From contig CBDCDZ010000004.1 of the NCBI GenBank assembly GCA_965215565.1, positions 3,072,001 to 3,136,000 of the forward strand: DNA of 64,000 bases. Reading direction: 5' to 3'. A program made the position numbers and the translations under genes. Under the pieces are notes generated by a model. The model saw only the letters and a program-made list of their open reading frames with translations, was not told the DNA's origin and made no database searches. This stretch comes from Trueperaceae bacterium (GTDB lineage: Bacteria > Deinococcota > Deinococci > Deinococcales > Trueperaceae). Shown piece by piece: positions 37,802 through 47,398 of the stretch. Within the stretch, counting starts at the first letter, position 1. Every line of letters starts with the position of its first letter.

Positions 37802-40192
37802 TTAAACTTGCGCCGAAGGCGACGTTCCCGTCTCGTCCGCCACAGGCGGCACGAAGTCCGCCTCTTTCTCTAAGAGCATGATGTCTAAGACCTGCTCGAA
37901 GTCACGCACGGTGGTGACTTGAAGTTCGTCCAAAATCGCGTCGGGCACGTCCTCTAAGTTCGCCTCGTTCGCCTCGGGGATGATGACGTGCGAGATGCCC
38001 GCCTGGTGCGCCGCTAAGAGCTTCTCCTTGACGCCGCCGATGGGCAGCACGCGCCCACGCAGGGTGATTTCGCCCGTCATGGCGATGTCGCCGCGTGCAG
38101 GGCGTCCAGTAAGCGCACTCACCACGGCCGTCGCCATCGCGATGCCCGCTGAGGGTCCGTCTTTGGGCGTCGCGCCTTCTAAGACGTGGACGTGTAAGTC
38201 ACGGTTCTCGTAGAAGTCTTCGGAGATGCTGAAGTCTTGCGAGCGGCGGCGCAAGTAGGCAATCGCGGCTTGCGCCGACTCCTTCATCACGTCGCCGAGT
38301 TGCCCCGTGAGCGTGACTTTGCCCTTGCCAGGGACGCTGACCGCTTCGATGTCCAAGGTGACGCCGCCGACGGAGGTCCAGGCGAGACCGTGCGAAAGAC
38401 CGACTTGCGGCTCCTTCTCCGCTTTGTCGTCGCGGAAAGGGGGCACGCCTAAGAGGGTGCGGACGCCGTCTTCGTCTAAAGTGCGGACGCCTTCCCAGGC
38501 GTTGTCCAGGTATTCCTTCGCCGACTTGCGGGCGAGCTTGGCGAGGTTGCGGTCCAGGTTGCGAACGCCCGCCTCGCGGGTGTACTCGGTGATGACGCGG
38601 CGAATCGCGGCGTCGGTCAGCTCGAGCTTGTCACTGAGCCCGTGGTCTTTGAGCTGGCGCGGTACGCGGTAGCGCTTGGCGATCTCCAACTTTTCGTCCA
38701 GCGTGTAGCCCGCAATCTGGATGACCTCCATGCGGTCTAAAAGCGGACGAGGAATCGTCGAGAGCGTGTTCGCAGTGGTGATAAACATGACTTTCGAGAG
38801 GTCGTAAGGAATCTCCAAGTAGTGGTCCGCGAAGGTGTTGTTCTGCTCGGGGTCCAAGACTTCTAAGAGTGCAGAGGAGGGATCGCCGCGAAAGTCGGCG
38901 GTCATCTTGTCGATCTCGTCTAAGAGAAACACCGGGTTGATCTTGCCCGCCGTTTTCATTCCCTGGATGATGCGCCCCGGCAAGCTCCCGATGTAGGTGC
39001 GGCGGTGACCGCGAATCTCGGCTTCGTCGCGCACGCCGCCTAAGCTCATCCGCACGAACTCGCGGTTTAAGCTACGCGCGATGGACTTGCCTAAGCTCGT
39101 TTTGCCGACGCCGGGCGGACCGACGAGGCATAAAATTGGCGCTTTGTAGTCCGCGTTTTCGATGTCTTTGGTGAGTTGACGCACCGCCAGGAACTCCAGA
39201 ATGCGATCTTTGGGCTCCTCTAAAGCGTAGTGGTCTTCATTAAGGATGTCTTCGGTATGGGAGATATCCAAGTGCTCATCGTCCATGTCCGCTTCGGACC
39301 AGGGAAGGTCCAAGAAAACATCCAAGTAGGTGCGCACGACGGTGGCTTCGGGGGAGCCACCAGGCATCTTCTCGAGCCTATCCAACTCCTTGAAGGCCCG
39401 CTTCTCCGCCTCTTCGGGCATCCCCTTTTCAGAGATGCGCGTGCGCAGCTCTTCGGTTTCGCTGACCGCGTCGTCGCCGCCGCCGAGTTCCTTTTGGATG
39501 GCCTTCATCTGCTCGCGCAAGTAGTACTCGCGCTGGTTCGAGTCCATCTGCTGCTTGACCCGCGCCGAGACCTGCTTCTCGGTGTCGAAGCGCTCTAAGT
39601 CGCGGGATAAAAAGCCATAAACGAGTTCTAAACGCTTGCTCGCGTCGGTCTCCTCCAAGACGGCTTGCTTGTCCGCGACGTCCCAAGTGCTGTACTTGGT
39701 GACCACGTCGGCGAGTGCACCCGCGTCTTTGAGGCTGCGCAGGTTCTCCAAGTGAAAGCCGTCCAAACGCAGGTTTTTATTCTGCTGCGAGTAGCCTTCA
39801 AAGGCGGACTTGACTTCGGGGATCAAGGCTTGCGCTCTCGACTGATCGCCGCTCGTCTCAGAGAGGGTGTTCACGCGGGCGCGGAGCGAGACGCCGGGCA
39901 AGTAGCCCTCGACGCGGGCGCGTTCTTTGCCCTCGACTAAAACCTGTAGGGTGTCGTCGGGTAAGCGGATGACCTGTTTGATGATACCTAAGGTGCCAAT
40001 ATCGTAGAGGTCTTCACCTGTCGGGTCGTCCACGCGGGGTTCGCGCTGGGTGAGTAGGAGCACGCGGTTGTCGGCGGCTTGCGCCTCTTCGAGTGCACGT
40101 TTCGACTTGGGGCGTCCCACGTCTACGTTTTCAAGCGTGCGTGGCAACACCGACTGCGTACGTAAAGCGATTACTGGTAGTTCCCATTCCAT
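37802..40192 (-). CDS. lon: ATP-dependent protease La
   Basis: GPPGVGKTS, LLDEIDK, PKDGPSAG (Ser) and IGGVKEK (Lys) motifs. Confidence 0.97.
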   Translation of the reverse strand: MEWELPVIALRTQSVLPRTLENVDVGRPKSKRALEEAQAADNRVLLLTQREPRVDDPTGEDLYDIGTLGIIKQVIRLPDDTLQVLVEGKERARVEGYLPGVSLRARVNTLSETSGDQSRAQALIPEVKSAFEGYSQQNKNLRLDGFHLENLRSLKDAGALADVVTKYSTWDVADKQAVLEETDASKRLELVYGFLSRDLERFDTEKQVSARVKQQMDSNQREYYLREQMKAIQKELGGGDDAVSETEELRTRISEKGMPEEAEKRAFKELDRLEKMPGGSPEATVVRTYLDVFLDLPWSEADMDDEHLDISHTEDILNEDHYALEEPKDRILEFLAVRQLTKDIENADYKAPILCLVGPPGVGKTSLGKSIARSLNREFVRMSLGGVRDEAEIRGHRRTYIGSLPGRIIQGMKTAGKINPVFLLDEIDKMTADFRGDPSSALLEVLDPEQNNTFADHYLEIPYDLSKVMFITTANTLSTIPRPLLDRMEVIQIAGYTLDEKLEIAKRYRVPRQLKDHGLSDKLELTDAAIRRVITEYTREAGVRNLDRNLAKLARKSAKEYLDNAWEGVRTLDEDGVRTLLGVPPFRDDKAEKEPQVGLSHGLAWTSVGGVTLDIEAVSVPGKGKVTLTGQLGDVMKESAQAAIAYLRRRSQDFSISEDFYENRDLHVHVLEGATPKDGPSAGIAMATAVVSALTGRPARGDIAMTGEITLRGRVLPIGGVKEKLLAAHQAGISHVIIPEANEANLEDVPDAILDELQVTTVRDFEQVLDIMLLEKEADFVPPVADETGTSPSAQV

Positions 40193-40258
40193 GAAAGTAT
40201 TAGACCGCGCGCAAAGCGTTTTTACCGTAAGGTGGCTAACGCCGAGGTGAGGGGAAAT

Positions 40259-40360
40259 TTAACAGTGAAGTGTGAGGAGCCTGCCGAGGGTCTCCGCCTC
40301 GCGCCACCCTTCCGAGTCACGTAGGGTGCTCGAGCTGCCAAACACGCTGATGACCTTCAC
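40259..40360 (-). pseudogene. Truncated LOG-family (Rossmann-fold nucleotide-binding) N-terminal fragment
   Basis: VKVISVFGSSSTLRDSEGWREAETLGRLL then a stop; GTG start overlaps the TPR gene stop. Confidence 0.55.
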
Positions 40361-41280
40361 GCCTCGAGCCTCTGTAAGCCCTGCAACCGTTTGACCTCTT
40401 CGCGCATTCCTACGCCCCCAACCTCTCGGATGACCTCTCTGACCTCTTCTAAATTCGGAACGAGTTCTAAGCGCGCCACCTTTGCCCTCAGTTCTAAAGG
40501 ACGGTGCGGCGCGTTTTTCGCTTCGCGCTCGCTCTGCTGGAGCAATGTCACCTCTTCCTTTGCCAGTCCTAAAGAGAGCAGCGCCCGCGCCTTGCCCACC
40601 AAGTCGTCCGCTGCTACCGCCCGCCTGAGCGCCTTCTCGCCTACTTCGGCTGCCTTTTTCGGATAGTCCCACGTGGCGTGCGCTTGCGCGAGCCCAGCTA
40701 AGGGGGCAATAGAAAGAGGCTCAAAGCTCGAGAGTTCGGTGAGCCCTAGCCCCTTGCCAAAAAGCTCGATGGCTGCTTGCGCTTCGCCCTCGTCCAGCGC
40801 GAGTTCGCCTTGGGCGCAGAGTGCGGCAATCGCCAGCGCCCCGTCGCGCGCCGACTTCGCCTTGTGAAACGCCCGCGTGAAGTGCCCCGCCGCCTCTTCG
40901 AATTCGCCCTGGTAGCGCAGCGCGTTGCCGAGTTGTAGCGCGGTGTAACCGTTGTCAGCAAGCTCTAAAGCGTCATAGAGAATGTTGACTGCTTTTTGCA
41001 GATTCCCCAGACGGATGTGCGCCGCGCCTATGCGGGTGAGGAGCATAGGGATTTTATCTGCGCTGGAGGACTCGAGCCTCGCTACCGCACCCTCTAAGAG
41101 GTTAATTGCCTCCTGCAACCAGCCGACTCGCCATAGACGCAACGCGACCTCGGGCGCGCGCTCAACCTCTTCTCTGGCGAGAGTTAGGGCACCCTCGAGC
41201 TTCGCGTTCGCCTCGTCCGGGCGGTCCTGTGCGCGCAACGTCTCAGCGTCCGTGAGGAGGGTTTTGAGCGCGTCGTTCAC
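40357..41280 (-). CDS. Tetratricopeptide repeat protein
   Basis: Repeated helical LGNAL...G.FEEA...F.RA patterns. Confidence 0.8.
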   Translation of the reverse strand: MNDALKTLLTDAETLRAQDRPDEANAKLEGALTLAREEVERAPEVALRLWRVGWLQEAINLLEGAVARLESSSADKIPMLLTRIGAAHIRLGNLQKAVNILYDALELADNGYTALQLGNALRYQGEFEEAAGHFTRAFHKAKSARDGALAIAALCAQGELALDEGEAQAAIELFGKGLGLTELSSFEPLSIAPLAGLAQAHATWDYPKKAAEVGEKALRRAVAADDLVGKARALLSLGLAKEEVTLLQQSEREAKNAPHRPLELRAKVARLELVPNLEEVREVIREVGGVGMREEVKRLQGLQRLEA

Positions 41281-41381
41281 GCTGTGAATTATACCGCAAG
41301 TGTGGCGTGCACCGAGCTGCCCTCTGGTAACTTGAACGCATCTATAAAACGCTCGAGCCCCGAGGTGCGCTAGACTGACCT

Positions 41382-41999
41382 ATGGCAATTTTAGGGCGCA
41401 AAACAGTGCAGACGTCCGACGAGTCAGGGCTGCGAAAATTCACCTACCGCGACCTCTTGGAGATGGAGAAAAGGGGCATCATCGGTGAGGATGAACATAT
41501 TGAATTGCTCGGAGGGCATATCTTCAAGATGACCGTTAATCCGCCCCACGCTTTTGTGACTACTGAACTTGTGGAAGCATTCTTCTCGGCATTTGTGGAG
41601 AACGCGAAGATAGCGTCTCAAACGCCGTTGAGACTTTCGGACGACCTCGATTCCACCGAGTTACCTGAACCTGACGTGATGTTGCTCGAGCGTCAATACT
41701 ACCTGGAACATCCGAAGCCGGAGCACGTTTTTTTGCTCGTCGAGGTCTCAGACACCACCCTACACAAAGATAAAACGCTCAAACTACCTCTTTACGCCCG
41801 TTCAGACATCTCCGAAGTGTGGCTCGTCAACCTCATCCAACGCCGCATCGAGGTCTATACCGAGCCCAAAGACGGCGAGTACGCCCGCCGCGTAAACGTC
41901 GACTTGACGGCAACTTTAGCGCCCACCGCCTTTCCCGATACGGCGCAGCAGTGGTTACCGGCTGAGGTGTTGGAGCTTTTAGATAAGCACGACCTCTAA
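41382..41999 (+). CDS. Uma2 family endonuclease
   Basis: IELLGG, PEPDV, LVEVSDTT...DK..KL.LYA and EVWLVNL motifs. Confidence 0.9.
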   Translation: MAILGRKTVQTSDESGLRKFTYRDLLEMEKRGIIGEDEHIELLGGHIFKMTVNPPHAFVTTELVEAFFSAFVENAKIASQTPLRLSDDLDSTELPEPDVMLLERQYYLEHPKPEHVFLLVEVSDTTLHKDKTLKLPLYARSDISEVWLVNLIQRRIEVYTEPKDGEYARRVNVDLTATLAPTAFPDTAQQWLPAEVLELLDKHDL

Positions 42000-42061
42000 T
42001 TATGTGTGTGAACTTCTTTAGATAGCCCTTTGCCACGATTCTTTAAGCTTTCAGGGGACAA

Positions 42062-42559
42062 ATGCAGTCCATCAACCTCATACACGACAATTTAGAGAAG
42101 AGTGCGAGCCGCGTTCTAGCTCGAGTCGAAGAGATGCGGGCACACTGCACCGTATCCCCGACACCGAAAGGTGGTTGTCACACGTTGTGGGTACTCGGAC
42201 ACTTAGCCTACATCGAAGCGCTCGTCGTTCGAGGCTTCATGCTCACTGAGCCAAACCCGTTAGGCGAATGGAAAGAGCTTTTTGACGGAGACGAAATAGA
42301 GGATGACCCCAGCCGCTACCCTCCATTCGAGCAGGTTCTCTCTACCTGCCGCGAGATACGGCGGGCGACGATAGAACTGCTCGGTTCGCTCAGCGAAGAT
42401 GACCTTGATAAGCTGAGTCCGAACGCGCCCAAAGGTCATGAAGACACCTTCGGTAGCTACCGCCTCTGTCTACAATTCGTTTCCGACCACTGGTACATGC
42501 ACCGCGGCCAGCTAGCTGACGCACGCCGCGCTGCGGGGTTAGCGCGAATGGGACTGTGA
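42062..42559 (+). CDS. DinB family protein
   Basis: WVLGHLA...HWYMHRGQL His triad. Confidence 0.85.
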   Translation: MQSINLIHDNLEKSASRVLARVEEMRAHCTVSPTPKGGCHTLWVLGHLAYIEALVVRGFMLTEPNPLGEWKELFDGDEIEDDPSRYPPFEQVLSTCREIRRATIELLGSLSEDDLDKLSPNAPKGHEDTFGSYRLCLQFVSDHWYMHRGQLADARRAAGLARMGL

Positions 42560-42639
42560 ATTGGGCGCGCATCCGTGTGACGTCCACGAAAATCACGCGG
42601 TTCAAACTACTGGGCGGTGAGTTGGTATAACGAGTACCG

Positions 42640-44586
42640 ATGCAAAACGCCCTCCACTTCACACCCGACGCGAAAAGACACTTCGACGACCTTCTTCCGA
42701 AGTTAGACGGCGCACTTCAGGGTCTTTCTGAACGTGACCAGCAGATTTTCAAGCTGAGGCTCGAGCGCTACTTCCAAAACCTCTTCGACGGCTTGGAGCC
42801 GCTCTACGCTAGGCGCGGCGACTTCACCGAGGTGGTGGAGCGCTTGGTGCTGCACCTGGCGAAACACTACGCCCTTCGCCCTGAAGACTTGAAGGTGTTA
42901 GACCTGGAGCGTGACCTCACTCCCGACTGGTTTCAGCGTGAAGGGGTGGTGGGCTACGTCTTCTATGTGGAGCGCTTTGCAGGAACGCTAGGAGGGGTGG
43001 GGGAGCACCTGGACTACCTAGAGGACGTCGGGGCGAACTACCTCCACCTGATGAAGGTCATCAAGGCGCGCTCGGGCGAAAACGACGGCGGCTACGCCGT
43101 AGAAGACTACCGCAAAGTCGAGCCAGAACTCGGCACGGTGGACGATTTGGAGAACCTGTGCCGGACCTTGCGTGGTAGAGGCATGAGCGTCTGCTTGGAT
43201 TTGGTCTTGAACCACTGCGCCAAAGAGCACGAGTGGGCGCAGCGGGCCCGCGCAGGCGAGCAGAAGTACCGAGACTACTTCTATATCTATAGTGACCGCA
43301 CCATGCCCGACGAGTATGAGAAGACGCTGCCCGAAGTTTTCCCGGACTTCGCGCCCGGCAACTTCTCGTTTTATCCCAAGGTGGGTTGGGTCTGGACGAC
43401 GTTCAACGAGTATCAGTGGGACCTGAACTGGAGCAACCCCGACGTGTTCGTTGAAATCGTAGATATCCTCCTTTTCTGGGCGAACAAAGGGGTTGAAATT
43501 TTTCGCCTGGACGCCGTCGCCTTTATGTGGAAGCGGCTCGGCACGAACGCTCAGAATCAGAGCGAGGTGCACGACATCTTGCAGGCTTTAAGGGCGTGCT
43601 CACGCATCGCCGCGCCCGCTGTAGCCCACAAAGCTGAAGCTATCGTCTCGCCGGACGACCTTATTCACTACTTCGGCACGGGCAAGCGCTACGGCAAGGT
43701 GTCGAACATCGCCTACCACAACTCGCTCATGGTGCAGTTTTGGTCCGCGCTAGCGAGCCGCGATACGCGCCTGATGACGCACACCTTGGGGCGCTTTCCG
43801 CGCCCGTCCGCCAGGGTTGCTTGGGGAACTTACGTCAGGTGCCACGACGACATCGGCTGGGCGGTGACCGAAGAGGACGCGGCGGCGGTAGGCTTAGACG
43901 GCGCGCTGCACCGCTCCTTTTTGTCCGACTACTATGCGGGGCACTTCGGGGGCTCGCACGCGAGGGGCGAAGTCTTTCAGTTCAACCCTGAGACGAACGA
44001 CCGGCGCATCTCGGGTACTTTTGCGAGCCTGGCGGGTTTGGAGCTTGCTTTAGAACAGCGCGACGAGCACCTCATCGCCCTCTCTACCGAGCGCATCTTA
44101 CTGGGTCACGCGCTCATCGCGGGATTTGGCGGCATCCCCCTCCTCTACATGGGCGACGAACTTGGGCTGCTCAACGACTACGACTACGTGAGGGAGCACC
44201 CGGAGGACAACCGCTGGCTGCACCGCCCTTACATGGACTGGGCGCAAGCGGCGCGGCGTCATGAGCCTGGGAGCGTGGAAGCCCGAATCTTCAGCGGCAC
44301 TCAAAAAATCATCCGCACTAGAAAGCGCTCGCCGCATTTTCACGCCTCGTACGCCGCCGATATTTTGGACAGCGGCAATCCGCACCTCTTGACTTACAGT
44401 CGTTCACATCCTTTAGGTCCCTTGGTGGCGGTCTACAACTTCTCGGAGCAGCGGCAGCACCTGCCCAGAGGGTGGCTCGCCGAGCGAGGCTTAGACGGAG
44501 CGTTCGACCTTTTAGAGCAGGCGTTCGTGATTTTTTCGGGCGACGTGCTAGATGTCGCGCCCTACGCGCGGCTCTGGCTGATTTGA
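42640..44586 (+). CDS. Amylosucrase (GH13)
   Basis: DGGYAV, DLVLNH, FRLDAVAFMWK, AEAIV, RCHDDIGW and RISGTFASLAG motifs. Confidence 0.9.
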   Translation: MQNALHFTPDAKRHFDDLLPKLDGALQGLSERDQQIFKLRLERYFQNLFDGLEPLYARRGDFTEVVERLVLHLAKHYALRPEDLKVLDLERDLTPDWFQREGVVGYVFYVERFAGTLGGVGEHLDYLEDVGANYLHLMKVIKARSGENDGGYAVEDYRKVEPELGTVDDLENLCRTLRGRGMSVCLDLVLNHCAKEHEWAQRARAGEQKYRDYFYIYSDRTMPDEYEKTLPEVFPDFAPGNFSFYPKVGWVWTTFNEYQWDLNWSNPDVFVEIVDILLFWANKGVEIFRLDAVAFMWKRLGTNAQNQSEVHDILQALRACSRIAAPAVAHKAEAIVSPDDLIHYFGTGKRYGKVSNIAYHNSLMVQFWSALASRDTRLMTHTLGRFPRPSARVAWGTYVRCHDDIGWAVTEEDAAAVGLDGALHRSFLSDYYAGHFGGSHARGEVFQFNPETNDRRISGTFASLAGLELALEQRDEHLIALSTERILLGHALIAGFGGIPLLYMGDELGLLNDYDYVREHPEDNRWLHRPYMDWAQAARRHEPGSVEARIFSGTQKIIRTRKRSPHFHASYAADILDSGNPHLLTYSRSHPLGPLVAVYNFSEQRQHLPRGWLAERGLDGAFDLLEQAFVIFSGDVLDVAPYARLWLI

Positions 44587-44608
44587 GGCTGGCGGCGAAC
44601 CTGCTATA

Positions 44609-45403
44609 GTGACCGCTATGGCGGAGCGCGATATCGAGGCGTTGGAGAGCTATCAACTTATTCCCAAACTCCTTCACGACGTGGTGAACGTGGACGCCTC
44701 ATGTCAACTGCTAGGACACACCTATGACGCGCCTATCGTGCCCCTCTTGGAGCGTGCGCTAGGACGCGCCCCCACCGACATCCGCACGCTCAGCCTCGTC
44801 GATGCCGAGCTTCTTTTAGAGCACCCCGAGGTTCATTTTAACCTCAGCTTGCCACTCCTAAAGCCCGACAAGATGGGCGACTTGATGCCCAAGGTGCGTA
44901 AGCTCGCTGCGGCGGGCGTGCCCGCCTTTGCGCTCGACCTCTCCGTGTTAGCGGACACGCCCCCTTACGGCTCACACGCCTGGCGTCCGCGCACCCGCGA
45001 AGACCTAGCCGAACTCCGCGCCGCGGCGGGCGTCCCGCTCTGGCTCTACGGCGTATGCAGCGTCTCGGACGCGGACGTCGCCACCGAAGCGGGCTTAGAA
45101 GGTATCGTCGTCACCTCGGGTGCCGGGCACTTCATCAGCGGTCCCGCCGCCGCTGAAATCTTCCCCGACATCTTCGACGCGGTGGCCGGCACGATTTCGG
45201 TCTACGCAGGGGGACCGGTGCGCAGCGGCGTCGACGTGTTTCGCTACCTCGCTATCGGCGCGGAGGCGGTGGTCGTAGACAGCGATAGGTCACTCGAGAA
45301 CTTAACGGCAGAACTCCACTACGCCATGCGCGTAACGGGCTGCCGGACGCTCGCCGACATCGGTTATGAGGCGATCTTTGCACCGCTTTTTGGGGAGGTT
45401 TAG
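44609..45403 (+). CDS. Degenerate FMN-dependent alpha-hydroxy-acid dehydrogenase-like TIM barrel
   Basis: LIPKLL.DV, GGPVRSGVDVFRYLAIGAEAV and EL..AMRVTGC motifs; short, and lacks SNHGGR. Confidence 0.7.
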   Translation: MTAMAERDIEALESYQLIPKLLHDVVNVDASCQLLGHTYDAPIVPLLERALGRAPTDIRTLSLVDAELLLEHPEVHFNLSLPLLKPDKMGDLMPKVRKLAAAGVPAFALDLSVLADTPPYGSHAWRPRTREDLAELRAAAGVPLWLYGVCSVSDADVATEAGLEGIVVTSGAGHFISGPAAAEIFPDIFDAVAGTISVYAGGPVRSGVDVFRYLAIGAEAVVVDSDRSLENLTAELHYAMRVTGCRTLADIGYEAIFAPLFGEV

Positions 45404-45523
45404 GTGGAGGAGGAAGTCTCGCTAAGGATGTCTGGGTCTCGGTTGATGATGGGGCGTGTCATCGCAATGTCCTCCATCTGGATTTTACGGCTCGAGGCTG
45501 TACCACATTCAGCACACGACGTT

Positions 45524-45629
45524 GCTTAACGAATTAAGCTTAGGGATGTGGGCTTGAGAGCTTGACCTCAACAAAGCTTACTCCAAGTTGCGCAAGCATA
45601 GGTAGTATCCCCGCAACGCTTAGTTATGC
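45524..45629 (-). mobile_element. attC-like integron recombination site
   Basis: Minus strand GCATAAC...GTTAAGC with inner pairing TAAGC/GCTTA and GGGAT/ATCCC; 106 bp, just 3' of an AT-rich gene. Confidence 0.6.
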
Positions 45630-45659
45630 GTACGAACTAAAATATGAGCGAGAACAAGG

Positions 45660-46327
45660 TTAGAATTCCTCTTCAGTTTGCAAGTCCATGAGTTGGATAA
45701 AATCCTGTGGCGCTTCTGTCATTCGTAGTGTGGAATACGCCCCTTTGGGCATTATATTTTCCAAATAGGGTAAAGCGATATCCAAATCATTCGTACGCTG
45801 ACCAATTTTTGGATTGGTGATGAATTGAAAGCCAAAATCTGTATAAAGCTTGATAGCACGAAAACTAGCAGGGTGGGTGTGGAGATAAATCGGAAAATCA
45901 TTTGAAGAAAGCTCACCCATGATGTTTGATAAAAGCGCACGACCGATACCTTTGCCTTCAACACTCTTTATCACTTTGAACCAGTGAATTGAGTTGAAGG
46001 AATTGTAAGCCTTCCAAATAAAAGCAGTACCAACAGGTACATCAATCTGATTACAAACAAATGAACATTTTTCGAAAAATAAGTTATCTTTTGGAGCATA
46101 AACCCTTGAAAAATACTCTGTTATAAAATCAAAATGTCGATTAGCATCATCTGGATCATCGAAATGAATTTTTTCCAGATATCCAACTCATCCTTACGAC
46201 AGTTTCTAAATTTGTACTCAAGTGGTAACGCACTCAGAGCGGACTGATTTAATTTGAAGCACACCATGAAGAGGTCTTTATTTTCTATGGCTTGAAAATT
46301 CTCGAGGGAGACATTCTGATTACTCAT
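45660..46327 (-). pseudogene. AT-rich GNAT acetyltransferase, frameshifted in an A6 run (46169-46174)
   Basis: Adding one A joins ...DIWKK to IHFDD...IHWFKVIKSVEGKGIGRALL...YLHTHP (222 aa) with no other stop. Confidence 0.8.
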
Positions 46328-46341
46328 AAGTTAAAACAATT

Positions 46342-46398
46342 ATGTAACTACGATTGTCGGACATTTGTCTGGTGAGGCTCCTGTGAGGGGTGTTATGC
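46342..46398 (-). mobile_element. Degenerate attC-like site at the cassette 5' boundary
   Basis: Minus strand GCATAAC...GTTACAT 14 nt before the ATG; inner pairing is weak. Confidence 0.35.
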
Positions 46399-46429
46399 GA
46401 CACTGAGGATTTTACTACATGCCGAAACT

Positions 46430-47326
46430 TCACCCCCGCACCACTTCCCCATCCCCATACTCCACCAGCGTCAACCCCGCCCGCTTCGAAGAGGTCAGCT
46501 TACCCATATAGGGCGCAGAAAACGAGCCGGACGTAGGCGCAACGTCGCGGTAGTCGCGTCCGACGGCGACGGTGATGTAGCTCATGTTCGGGCGGCGGCG
46601 GTTGGTGGGGTCGAAGGCGTACGCTCGCAACTGGTCGCCTTCGGGAATCAAGACCTCTACCCAGGCGTGTGAGCCGCCCTCACCCAGCATGTGACCTGAG
46701 ACGTAGCGAGCCGCCACGCCCGCCTCGCGGCACAGCGCGATCATGATGTGGGCGTAGTCTTGGCACAACCCTTTGCCGATGGTGAGCGCTTCGGCGGCGG
46801 CGGTGCTCGTGTCGGTCGCGCCGAAGCCGTAGGTCATGGCTTTGCTGACCCAGTCGCTGGCGGCGTGAGCGAAGGCGAGGTCGTTTTGAGCGGTCACTTC
46901 TAAGACGTGCGCGATGCCCGAGAGGTGCTCGTCGGCGAAGGTCAGGCGGGTAGGGGAGAGGAAGTGGTCGGCTTCGTCTTCGGAAACGTAGACGGGCACG
47001 TCCTCCGCGGTGCGCGTGACGGCGCTGCTCATCTCGAAGACTAAGGGGGACTCGAGCCTCCGCGCTTTCACACTTAAAACCTCGTTGCCGAAGAGGTCAA
47101 CCTTGCGCTTGACGTTAAGGTCAGGTGTGACGTCTAAACGAAAGTCACAGCGCCGCTGATCGCCGTACTCGGTGCGCGGCGCGATCATCAGGCGGTGCGT
47201 GAGGTCTTCAATGGGACCGGGGTAGGCGTAGTGAAACCGCTGGACGAGGCTGTGTTGCACGCGCTTCACGTCAGCCCAGCGCACTTCGGAACGGTCGATG
47301 AAAGGGTTTAGGGAAGGGGAAGTCAC
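46430..47326 (-). CDS. Transglutaminase-like protein
   Basis: GLCQDYAH, RYVSG, SHAWVE and FDPTN motifs. Confidence 0.9.
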   Translation of the reverse strand: MTSPSLNPFIDRSEVRWADVKRVQHSLVQRFHYAYPGPIEDLTHRLMIAPRTEYGDQRRCDFRLDVTPDLNVKRKVDLFGNEVLSVKARRLESPLVFEMSSAVTRTAEDVPVYVSEDEADHFLSPTRLTFADEHLSGIAHVLEVTAQNDLAFAHAASDWVSKAMTYGFGATDTSTAAAEALTIGKGLCQDYAHIMIALCREAGVAARYVSGHMLGEGGSHAWVEVLIPEGDQLRAYAFDPTNRRRPNMSYITVAVGRDYRDVAPTSGSFSAPYMGKLTSSKRAGLTLVEYGDGEVVRG

Positions 47327-47398
47327 AGAGGTCTCCAGGAGAGGCGATGCGCTTCCCCATCAGTCTTTTTTATCTAACCATCAAGAGCTAGGAGAAAT

